The notes under the pieces are model-generated. The model was given only the letters and a program-made list of their open reading frames with translations. It had not been told where the DNA came from and made no database searches. The translations under genes and the position numbers were made by a program. This document shows positions 1-7,916 of a stretch of DNA of 64,000 bases, in pieces (position 1 is the first letter of the stretch; every line of letters starts with the position of its first letter). Origin of the DNA: Abditibacterium sp. (GTDB lineage Bacteria; Armatimonadota; Abditibacteriia; Abditibacteriales; Abditibacteriaceae); contig CBDASK010000003.1 in assembly GCA_965199495.1 (NCBI GenBank), forward strand, positions 96,001-160,000, read 5' to 3'.

Positions 1-2
1 AC

Positions 3-296
3 AACACGCTGAGCGTGGCTTCGGGCGAATTGGTTTCGCAATATCTGTTTGGCACCGACACCGATAACGACGCGTTGACGTTCCGTCTGGTCAACAATCC
101 GCAATACGGCACCGGTTCAGTCAAGCGCGATGAACAGGGCAACTGGCGCGTGTATTACCAATCGGTGCCGGGCTATGTCGGCGCGGATCGCATCACGTTT
201 ATCGCGATTGATCCCTTTGGCAAAGAATCGCAGGTCGCGACCGCCAATATTAACGTCGTGCGCGTCGGGCCGCAACCGTCGAGCGGTAATTCGTAA
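3..296 (+). CDS. C-terminal part of an Ig-like (Big_9/cadherin-like) domain surface protein, 5'-truncated by window edge
   Basis: Frame open from window start; DTDNDALTF...NPQYG...Y...PGYVGADRITFIAID pattern typical of Big_9/cadherin-like repeats; followed by terminator. Confidence 0.75.
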   Translation, partial: NTLSVASGELVSQYLFGTDTDNDALTFRLVNNPQYGTGSVKRDEQGNWRVYYQSVPGYVGADRITFIAIDPFGKESQVATANINVVRVGPQPSSGNS

Positions 297-319
297 AAAC
301 TTGAGACGCGATTCAAACG

Positions 320-349
320 GGCGGCGACCCTTTCGGGTCGCCGCCTTTT
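320..349 (+). terminator. Rho-independent terminator
   Basis: GGCGGCGACCC-TTTC-GGGTCGCCGCC followed by TTTT. Confidence 0.8.
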
Positions 350-429
350 GCTGACCCGCAAATCTCACCTTGTCATTAATACGAACTGTAATTGATTTCG
401 GGTACACTTTGCCACTCATCTCCATTCCT

Positions 430-2724
430 ATGAATAAGAGTTATATCCCACAACTTCTCCACAAGACCAGTATTGCTCTGGCGTGCGCGTTACCTTTGCT
501 GTGCGCGCCCGCCGCGCACGCATGGGCGCCCAAAAAGGCGCCGCTGATGACGAAATGGGCCGCGCAAGTTGACCCCAAAGCGCCGCTTCCCGAATATCCG
601 CGCCCGCAATTGGTGCGCAAAAACTGGCAGAACCTCAACGGCATCTGGCAATATCAACCGGGCACCGACGGTGAAGCCACGCCGACTGGTCAAAAGCTGA
701 GCAGCGAGATTTTGGTGCCGTATCCCGTCGAATCGGCGTTATCGGGCGTCATGGAACACCACGACCGCCTGTGGTATAAACGCACTTTCACGGTTCCGGC
801 CAACTGGCACGGCCAGCAAATCAAACTCAACTTTGGCGCGGTGGATTACGAGGCGCAAATCTTCGTCAACGGCCAGAGCGTCGGCACGCACACCGGCGGT
901 TATGAGCAGTTTTCCTACGACATCACGCCCTTTTTGAAGGGCAACGGCCCGCAAGAACTCATTGTGCGCGTCTTTGATGCGACCGACAAAGCGGGCGAGC
1001 CGCGCGGCAAGCAGACGCTCAATCCCGGCGGCATCATGTATACGCCAACGACTGGCATCTGGCAGACCGTCTGGCTCGAACCCGTCGCGAAAAACTCCAT
1101 CGTCGGTTTGCACATGGTGCCCGATATTGACGCGGGCAACGTCAAAATGTTGGTCGCCGCGCCCAGCGCCAATGCCAAGACGGTCGCGACCGTGCGCATC
1201 AAAGACGGCAATCGCGTGATTTCAACCGTGCGCGTGCGGCCCAACGAGGACGTTTCGATTCCGATCAAAAACGCCAAACTGTGGTCGCCCGACAGCCCGT
1301 TTTTATATAACGTGGACGTGGCTCTGAGCGACGGTAAGACCCAAACCGATACGGTTTCGAGTTATTTTGGCATGCGCAAAATCTCAACGGGCATGGTGGG
1401 CGGCTTCCGTCGGTTGTTGCTCAACAACAAATTCGTCTTTCAGATGGGGCCGCTCGATCAGGGTTTCTGGCCCGATGGCATTTACACCGCGCCGACCGAT
1501 GAAGCGCTCGAATCCGACATCAAAGCCGAGAAAGAACTGGGCTTTAACATGGTGCGCAAGCACATCAAAGTCGAACCGGCGCGCTGGTATTATCATGCCG
1601 ACAAACTCGGATTGATGGTCTGGCAGGATATGCCGTCGGCCAACTCTTATACGGGCAACCCGCAACCGCTCGACAAACCAGCCTTCCAGAAACAGTTGAT
1701 TTCCACGATTACTTCGCATTGGAACTCGCCCGCGATTGTGATGTGGGTGATTTTCAACGAAGGTCAGGGTTATCACGACCCGGCGCAATTGGTTGGTTTG
1801 GCCAAAAATCTCGATCCGTCGCGTCTGGTGAGCCGCAATAGCGGCACTGATTTCGGCGATGACTTGAGCATCAGCGACATCCGCGACGCGCATTCCTACC
1901 CGCCGCCCGCCGCCCCGCCTTATAACGCGGCACAAGCCTCGGTTTGCGGCGAATATGGTGGTATCGGTTACATCTACAAAGGCCACTTGTATAAGGGCGA
2001 CGACTACAAATACGGGACTTACACCATCGCCGACACGCCCGCCGCGTTGCAGGACGAATACGGCTTATTCACCGACAAACTGCGCCAACTGCGCGATGAA
2101 AAAGGCTTGAACGCGGCGGTTTATACCGAAATCACCGATGTCGAAACCGAAATCAACGGTTTGCTCACCTACGACCGCGTGATGAAAGTTGACCCAGCGC
2201 AGATTCGTCTGGCCAACGCCTTCAAATATCCGGTTCCGATTTATACCCCAGTCGTGCCAACCTCGGCAAAAGAAAGCCAGACCTACCAATACACCTTCGA
2301 TAACCCCGCGCCGGGCTGGAGCGATGCGGACTTCGCCGACGCCAAAAATTGGAAGACAGGTCTGGGTGGTTTCGGCACTGCATTGACGCCGGGCATCGGC
2401 CAGCTGGGCACGGTGTGGGACACGCCCGACATCTGGGTTCGCCGCACCTTTACCCTGCCCAACCTGACGCCGGAGCAGGTGAAACAGCTGGTCATCACCG
2501 ACTATCACGACGAAGATGTCGAGATTTATCTCAATGGCGTTTTGGCCTATTCCAAAACGGGATTCGTCGGCGACTATGAGAACGTCGCCATCACCGATGC
2601 CGCGCGCAATGCGCTGAAAATCGGCGGCGAAAACGTATTGGTCGCCCATTGTCGCCAAACGCAGGGCGGACAATATTTGGACATCGGATTGTCGCTCAAG
2701 CAAATGCCCAAAGCGATGAATTAG
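430..2724 (+). CDS. Secreted glycoside hydrolase family 2 (beta-galactosidase/beta-glucuronidase-like) with C-terminal beta-sandwich
   Basis: Signal peptide ending AHA-W; EYPRPQL, LNFGAVDYEA, GFNMVRKHIKVEP, WVIFNEG and GEYGG motifs; ATG 430 preferred over TTG 370. Confidence 0.9.
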   Translation: MNKSYIPQLLHKTSIALACALPLLCAPAAHAWAPKKAPLMTKWAAQVDPKAPLPEYPRPQLVRKNWQNLNGIWQYQPGTDGEATPTGQKLSSEILVPYPVESALSGVMEHHDRLWYKRTFTVPANWHGQQIKLNFGAVDYEAQIFVNGQSVGTHTGGYEQFSYDITPFLKGNGPQELIVRVFDATDKAGEPRGKQTLNPGGIMYTPTTGIWQTVWLEPVAKNSIVGLHMVPDIDAGNVKMLVAAPSANAKTVATVRIKDGNRVISTVRVRPNEDVSIPIKNAKLWSPDSPFLYNVDVALSDGKTQTDTVSSYFGMRKISTGMVGGFRRLLLNNKFVFQMGPLDQGFWPDGIYTAPTDEALESDIKAEKELGFNMVRKHIKVEPARWYYHADKLGLMVWQDMPSANSYTGNPQPLDKPAFQKQLISTITSHWNSPAIVMWVIFNEGQGYHDPAQLVGLAKNLDPSRLVSRNSGTDFGDDLSISDIRDAHSYPPPAAPPYNAAQASVCGEYGGIGYIYKGHLYKGDDYKYGTYTIADTPAALQDEYGLFTDKLRQLRDEKGLNAAVYTEITDVETEINGLLTYDRVMKVDPAQIRLANAFKYPVPIYTPVVPTSAKESQTYQYTFDNPAPGWSDADFADAKNWKTGLGGFGTALTPGIGQLGTVWDTPDIWVRRTFTLPNLTPEQVKQLVITDYHDEDVEIYLNGVLAYSKTGFVGDYENVAITDAARNALKIGGENVLVAHCRQTQGGQYLDIGLSLKQMPKAMN

Positions 2725-2738
2725 GGAATTTCGACGTG

Positions 2739-2776
2739 AAAAGGGCCGCAACTGGAAACAGTCGCGGCCCTTTTTT
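2739..2776 (+). terminator. Rho-independent terminator
   Basis: AAAAGGGCCGC...GCGGCCCTTTTTT hairpin right after the GH2 stop. Confidence 0.8.
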
Positions 2777-2818
2777 GGGATGCTCTTTATCATTGATTTG
2801 AGATCCAAAATGTGCCTT

Positions 2819-2983
2819 CATTGTCATTCTGAGCCGGGTGCCCCTTGGGCGGTAGGCACGAACGAAGTCGAAGAATCCATAGGTTGTGATTGAATTTGGC
2901 TTTCGTTGATGCCGTTACGTCATGGATTTTTCGACTTCGTTCGTGCCTACCGCCCAAGGGGCACCCGGCTCAGAATGACAATG
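2819..2983. repeat. Palindromic element family B (GTCATTCTGAGC...GAACGAAGTCGAAGAATCC) carrying the CGGGTGCCCCTTGGGCGG insert
   Basis: 62-bp inverted arms 2819-2880 / 2922-2983 with one mismatch; related copies at 21471, 33651, 52901, 62277. Confidence 0.92.
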
Positions 2984-3016
2984 CGTCCGTGCTGTTACGC
3001 AGCAGGGCGCAAAACC

Positions 3017-5695
3017 TCAATCGTTGGTCTTCGCCGGTTTCATCAAACTTTTGCGCAGTTCGTCCAGCATTTCGCGAATCTCCCCATCGGGAATTTTAAG
3101 TTCTTTGCCGTCCTCGCCGCGTTTGGTCACGTAAAAAGAGTCCTCGGCCTGGCCGCCCCATGTCGTGACTTTGGCGGTGTGAATGTCCAGCTCCAAAGCA
3201 GCCACGGCGCGCGAGGTGTGATAGAGCAAGCCGGGAATGTTGTTGCACACGATGGAAATGACCGTGTGTTCGTCCGACAAATCGTTCTGCGCGCTGATGC
3301 GAACCGGCGTTACGCTCTGCGAAACTTTCTTGCCCGCCGCCTTCAAAACTTCGTCCAATGAGCCGTCGCCGATCAAAACTTCGCGCAGCATCGCGGCCAA
3401 GCGGGCGGTTTGCGAACTGCTCAAATTGCGCCCGCTCGACATAATGTTCAAGCGGTCAACCACGACATCTTTGCCGTTGCCGGGCGCGCCACGGCTCCAC
3501 TTCGAGTTGAGCGCCGCGCCTTCCAAAGTGTAAACCTGCGCCGCCACGATTTCGGCGTTGGCCGCGTGAACCACGCCGCACAAACGACTCAAAAGTCCCG
3601 GTTTTTCGTCGTCGTAAGTCACCACAGTCATTTCGGCGACGTGATGTTCGGGCATCGGATAAAAGTCCACGATGAGCTTTTCTTCGGGCAGTTCGTCCAG
3701 AAACTTGAGATGCGTCGCCATCGTCGGCATCGGCGTGTTGAGAATATACGATGCGGGCAAAGTATCGCTGACTTTTTGTAAGGTGCCGTCGTCCAAATTC
3801 AAGTGGCGCAATTGGCGGCGAAAGCGTTCGCGTTCCTGCTGCACCAAATGCTCGCGCTTTTCGGTGTCGGTCAGAATTTCGGCGCTTTCGGCGCGCGTCA
3901 TCGCCAATAGGCAACGGTCGTAAAGCTCGCGCATCGAACTCAAATCGAGCGGCGAATAAGAGCGCTCGCCGACCGACATCGTGTCGGCCATCGAAAGCAG
4001 ATACAACATTTTGAGCGTCGGAACATCGCGCACGAAACCGATGACGCGCCGAATTGTGGCGGGCGCCGACAAATCGTGCAAACGTGCGCTGCGCGGCATG
4101 ACCAGATGACGCCGAATCAAGATTTTGAGCGTCGCCAAACGTCCCGCCGAAAGGCCCAAGCGTTCGCCGATGCGCGCACCGATTTTTTCGCCCGAAATGC
4201 TGTGGTCGGTGCCCGCCTCGATTTTACCGACATCGTGGAGGAGCGTCGCCAAAACCAGCAATTCGTGATCGTTGACGCCATTCCACAGCGCGGAAAGCGC
4301 GTCGTCTTTGCGGCGTTTCCACCACAGATTATCGAGTTGGCGCACGGCGTAAATCGAGTGTTCGCCCACGCTCAGTTCGTGCGACGGATCGGGCGGCGCC
4401 AGATGCAACATCGCCTGAGTTTCGGGAATCAGCGCCTGCAACACACCGCGCGCGCGCAATTCGGTCAGGATGCCCGCCGCGTTGCCCATATCGCCGATCA
4501 GATCGAAAAACGCGCGCCGCATTTCGGGCGCACGGCGCACCTCGTCGTCAATGTTATGCAGACTATCGTCCAAATCGCGCGACAAATCGGGATCGAGCGT
4601 AAAACCATATTTGCGCGCCAGAGAAAACGGCGTCAGCAAAAGTTCGGGATGATTAACGAGCGTATAGGGATGCGCCGCCGCCAAACTTTGGCGCACCGCG
4701 ACGAAGTGGCTGTCGAGGTTGAGCGGGCCTTCGAGCAACTGTTCCAACACGCGGTCGCAAAAGCGCGCGGCGTTTTCGGCGTGAACATAATAGTCGCCCA
4801 GCAGATTTTGCGCGGCCATGCCGTTGGCGCCGGTATAGTTGAAATCGCGCGCGCATTTATCTTGATAAGGCAAGCGCAAAACGTCGGTTTTGCTTTCGGT
4901 TTGCAAGTGCAGCCACACGCGCAGTTGCAAAAAGAAATCGCGCGCCGCGATGATTTGCTCCGCCGATTTCTGAGTCACGACGCCGCGCAAAACCAGTTCG
5001 GCGAGCGGCGCGTCGGTTTTCAGCAGCGCCGCCGCGCTCCACAACGCGAACTGAATATCGCGGAGCGCCCCGGTGCCATCTTTGAGATTCGGCTCGACGG
5101 CGTATTGCGACAGACCCAAATTCGCCGTGCGCTCGCGGCGCTCGGAGGCTTTTTCCAGAATAAATTCGACGGCGTCCCACGTCGAATAGACGCGCTGGCG
5201 CACGCGGTCGGCCAACTTGCGCGAACCCGAAATGTGGCGCGCCTCCAAGAGCGCCGCCTTGGATTGGTGATCTAAGCGCGCGATGTCCGAGAGCGGACGA
5301 TAGGCGTAGCCGACATCGAGTTTGGCGCCGTCCATCAACACTTCGATAATCAGGCGAAACGCTTCTTTGATAACGGCATCAAGGCACGCATCGTCCTCTT
5401 CGGCGGGCACGAACGCGATGTCGATATCGGAATGCGGACACAATTCGCCGCGCCCATAACCACCAATGGCAATCAAAACCAGATCGTCGGGCGAGGTGTC
5501 GCACGATTCGCGCGTGGACAAAACGTGTTCCCACGCCGCGTCGGTGATGCGCTCCAAAACGCCGTCAATCAAGCGTGAATAGTCGTCCAGCCACGGCGCA
5601 ATCGGCGTGCGCCGCGACGCGCGCTTCCAAAGTTTGGCGCGGCCTTCTTCGATTTGTGCGCGCAATTCCAGCACGAGCGGGGAAACGGGTATCAT
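3017..5695 (-). CDS. glnD: [Protein-PII] uridylyltransferase/uridylyl-removing enzyme
   Basis: GGYGRGELCPHSDID NTase motif, EPNLKDGTGALRD, HD motif LLHDVGK, two C-terminal ACT domains; start set at MIPVSP because the upstream extension is repeat-derived. Confidence 0.88.
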   Translation of the reverse strand: MIPVSPLVLELRAQIEEGRAKLWKRASRRTPIAPWLDDYSRLIDGVLERITDAAWEHVLSTRESCDTSPDDLVLIAIGGYGRGELCPHSDIDIAFVPAEEDDACLDAVIKEAFRLIIEVLMDGAKLDVGYAYRPLSDIARLDHQSKAALLEARHISGSRKLADRVRQRVYSTWDAVEFILEKASERRERTANLGLSQYAVEPNLKDGTGALRDIQFALWSAAALLKTDAPLAELVLRGVVTQKSAEQIIAARDFFLQLRVWLHLQTESKTDVLRLPYQDKCARDFNYTGANGMAAQNLLGDYYVHAENAARFCDRVLEQLLEGPLNLDSHFVAVRQSLAAAHPYTLVNHPELLLTPFSLARKYGFTLDPDLSRDLDDSLHNIDDEVRRAPEMRRAFFDLIGDMGNAAGILTELRARGVLQALIPETQAMLHLAPPDPSHELSVGEHSIYAVRQLDNLWWKRRKDDALSALWNGVNDHELLVLATLLHDVGKIEAGTDHSISGEKIGARIGERLGLSAGRLATLKILIRRHLVMPRSARLHDLSAPATIRRVIGFVRDVPTLKMLYLLSMADTMSVGERSYSPLDLSSMRELYDRCLLAMTRAESAEILTDTEKREHLVQQERERFRRQLRHLNLDDGTLQKVSDTLPASYILNTPMPTMATHLKFLDELPEEKLIVDFYPMPEHHVAEMTVVTYDDEKPGLLSRLCGVVHAANAEIVAAQVYTLEGAALNSKWSRGAPGNGKDVVVDRLNIMSSGRNLSSSQTARLAAMLREVLIGDGSLDEVLKAAGKKVSQSVTPVRISAQNDLSDEHTVISIVCNNIPGLLYHTSRAVAALELDIHTAKVTTWGGQAEDSFYVTKRGEDGKELKIPDGEIREMLDELRKSLMKPAKTND

Positions 5696-5736
5696 GTGAG
5701 GTTTAGTTTGGCTGAAATGCGTTGGAGAGAAATTCG

Positions 5737-5894
5737 TTCGTTTTTGGTTTTGCGTGTCATTTCGAGCGGAGCCGAGAAATCTTGCGGCCCCGCGCCAGCG
5801 GCTTTCACGTTCAGAGTTGTCTGTCATTTCCGCTGGCGCGGGGCCGCAAGATTTCTCGGCTCCGCTCGAAATGACACGCAAAACCAAAAACGAA
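5737..5894. repeat. Palindromic element family A (GTCATTTCGAGCG[G/A]AGCCGAGAAATCT)
   Basis: Perfect 65-bp inverted arms 5737-5801 / 5830-5894; related copies at 13804, 18772, 57617. Confidence 0.93.
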
Positions 5895-5898
5895 ATTT

Positions 5899-6747
5899 CT
5901 ATTTATTCTGTTTCAACGGCTGACATTTACTACAAAAATGATAACTGCGCGCCGTCTTACTCGCGCCCAAAACGCCGCGCTGGATGATGGTGCCGCATTC
6001 GTCACACGCGTCGCCCGTCCGACCATACATCTGCGGGATAAATTCACCATACTCGCCAAACGTATCTTGATAACCGCCGTCTTTGAGCGTGGCGCCGCGC
6101 GCCAAAATCGCGCGTTCGAGCGTCGGGCGCATATAACTGACCAACTCGCGCAACTTCTCAATCGGGATGGACGAAGCCGCCGTGGCTGGATGCAGGCGCG
6201 CCTGATAACAGACTTCGTCGGCGTAAATATTTCCCAATCCGGCGATGAGACTTTGATCTAAAATCGCCGCTTTAATCTTTGAATTACGCTTGCTGAGTTT
6301 TTGCGCGATTTGTTCGGCGGGAAAATCGTCGTCCAAAGGTTCCGGCCCCAATGTTTCCAAAAACGGTAACTCGACCGCGACACCCAATTTGCCGAAAGTG
6401 CGTGGGTCGGTAAAAATCAAACGTTTGCCGCCGCTCAAGCGCAGCACGCCGTGAACGTGTTTGTGCAAACTTTCGATGTCTAAATCGTCGTTGTTACTTT
6501 CGACGTGCAATTTGCCGGTCATGCCCAGATGAACCAGCAAGTTATCGCCGGATTCGAGCGGAAAATAAATCTGTTTGCCGCGCCGTTTGGCGGCGACTAT
6601 TTTTTGCGATTGCGTGCGCTCAACGAACGCTTCGATGTCGGGCGACGTGATGCGCGGCAATCGCGCCCACGTTTGAATAATGGTTTCGCCGACGATTTGC
6701 GGTTCGAGTTGCGCGCGCACGGTTTCGGCTTCGGGAAGTTCTGGCAC
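5899..6747 (-). CDS. mutM: Formamidopyrimidine-DNA glycosylase
   Basis: N-terminal PELPE after GTG start, RRGK, HLGMTG, DPRTFG, GLGNIYADE, C-terminal CxxC...CxxCQ zinc finger. Confidence 0.95.
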   Translation of the reverse strand: MPELPEAETVRAQLEPQIVGETIIQTWARLPRITSPDIEAFVERTQSQKIVAAKRRGKQIYFPLESGDNLLVHLGMTGKLHVESNNDDLDIESLHKHVHGVLRLSGGKRLIFTDPRTFGKLGVAVELPFLETLGPEPLDDDFPAEQIAQKLSKRNSKIKAAILDQSLIAGLGNIYADEVCYQARLHPATAASSIPIEKLRELVSYMRPTLERAILARGATLKDGGYQDTFGEYGEFIPQMYGRTGDACDECGTIIQRGVLGASKTARSYHFCSKCQPLKQNK

Positions 6748-6779
6748 GCCAATGAGTTTATAATGTGCCTCAACCAACC

Positions 6780-6926
6780 GCGTTTTTCTTTCGTAGAGAC
6801 ACCGATTCGGGTGCCCTTTGAGCGGATGTTTAAAATGTCGAAGTCGCTTCATCGGAAAGCAAACCTAATGTTTTAGACATCCGCCCAGAGGGCACCCGAA
6901 TCGGTGTCTCTACCAAAGAAAAACGC
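6780..6926. repeat. GTAG-type REP inverted doublet carrying the CGGGTGCCCTCTGGGCGG insert
   Basis: GTAGAGACACCGATT... / ...AATCGGTGTCTCTAC arms of about 55 bp with few mismatches, between divergent mutM and trmH-like genes. Confidence 0.88.
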
Positions 6927-6935
6927 ATTAGAATT

Positions 6936-7706
6936 ATGATAACTTCTCGCTCCCACGATCTCGTCAAAAAGTGCCGCGCGTTGCAAACCAGCAAAGGGCG
7001 CCGCCAACACAACGCGTTTCTCATCGAAGGTCGCAACGCCGTCGAAGCGGCACTCGACAACAATTGGCCGTTGCACGAAATTTTGGCGTTGCCCGACGAA
7101 ACCGAATTATCCGACCGCGCCCAGAGCAGCAGCCACGTCGTCACGCGCGTCGCCGAAACAGTGATGCAAGCCGCGACCGAAATGCCTGCGCCGCCGCCGA
7201 TTTTGGCGATTGGCGCCCTGCCCGATACGGTTGACAATTTCGACAGCGACGGATTGATTTTGATCATTGACGGCGCGGGCGATCCGGGCAATATCGGCAC
7301 GATGCTGCGCGCCGCCGACGCGGCGGGCGCCAGCCAGATTATTTTAAGTGCGGGCAGCGCCGACGTTTATCAGCCGAAAATCGTGCGTAGCGCGGCGGGC
7401 AGTTTGATGGCGATGCCGCCAATTAATCTGGCGAACCGCGCGCCCGAAAACATCGCGCGAATGTTACGCGAAAAGCAAATCCCGATTGTCACCGCCCAAA
7501 CGCGCGGCGGCGGCGATGCGTTTGAATGGGCGTGGCCGCGCCGTTGCGCCTTGGTATTGGGCCACGAAACGCGCGGCGTTTCGGCGGAGTTTGAAGCGGC
7601 GGGCGCGGGCGTGACAATTCCGATTTACGGGCGCGCCGAATCGCTCAACGTCGCGATGGCGGCGACGGTTTTGTGTTACGCGTGGGCGCAACGTTCGGGC
7701 GAATAA
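6936..7706 (+). CDS. TrmH/SpoU family RNA 2'-O-methyltransferase
   Basis: FLIEG, DPGNIGTMLRAADA, VLGHETRGVS, IPIYGRAESLNVAMA SPOUT motifs. Confidence 0.93.
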   Translation: MITSRSHDLVKKCRALQTSKGRRQHNAFLIEGRNAVEAALDNNWPLHEILALPDETELSDRAQSSSHVVTRVAETVMQAATEMPAPPPILAIGALPDTVDNFDSDGLILIIDGAGDPGNIGTMLRAADAAGASQIILSAGSADVYQPKIVRSAAGSLMAMPPINLANRAPENIARMLREKQIPIVTAQTRGGGDAFEWAWPRRCALVLGHETRGVSAEFEAAGAGVTIPIYGRAESLNVAMAATVLCYAWAQRSGE

Positions 7707-7758
7707 GTTCGCAGCCAAAGAGAAATGTCTGTTTCAAGCCGACAAGGTTTATTGCGCC

Positions 7759-7784
7759 GTGTCAACGGAGGTTGACACTTTTTT
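7759..7784 (+). terminator. Rho-independent terminator
   Basis: GTGTCAAC-GGAG-GTTGACAC followed by T6. Confidence 0.65.
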
Positions 7785-7916
7785 CTGGCTGCGAATTTAC
7801 TCGCCCTGACTCTGACTCGTCCGAGACAGCCACGCCGTCGCCGCATCACTCGCCACCGCTTTCGCGCCCCATGCGATATTTAATATCGTAGTTGATGATG
7901 AAATTCAACTCTTCGT

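Noticed and set aside
5696..5887. 64-aa N-terminal extension of GlnD in the ORF track
   Set aside because: It is a read-through of the family A palindrome; similar peptides appear in other repeat-derived ORFs.
6881..6898. Tag CCCAGAGGGCACC as a tRNA 3'-end fragment
   Set aside because: Resemblance to an acceptor strand plus ACC is superficial; it does not match the tRNA here and lacks the T-loop and terminal A.
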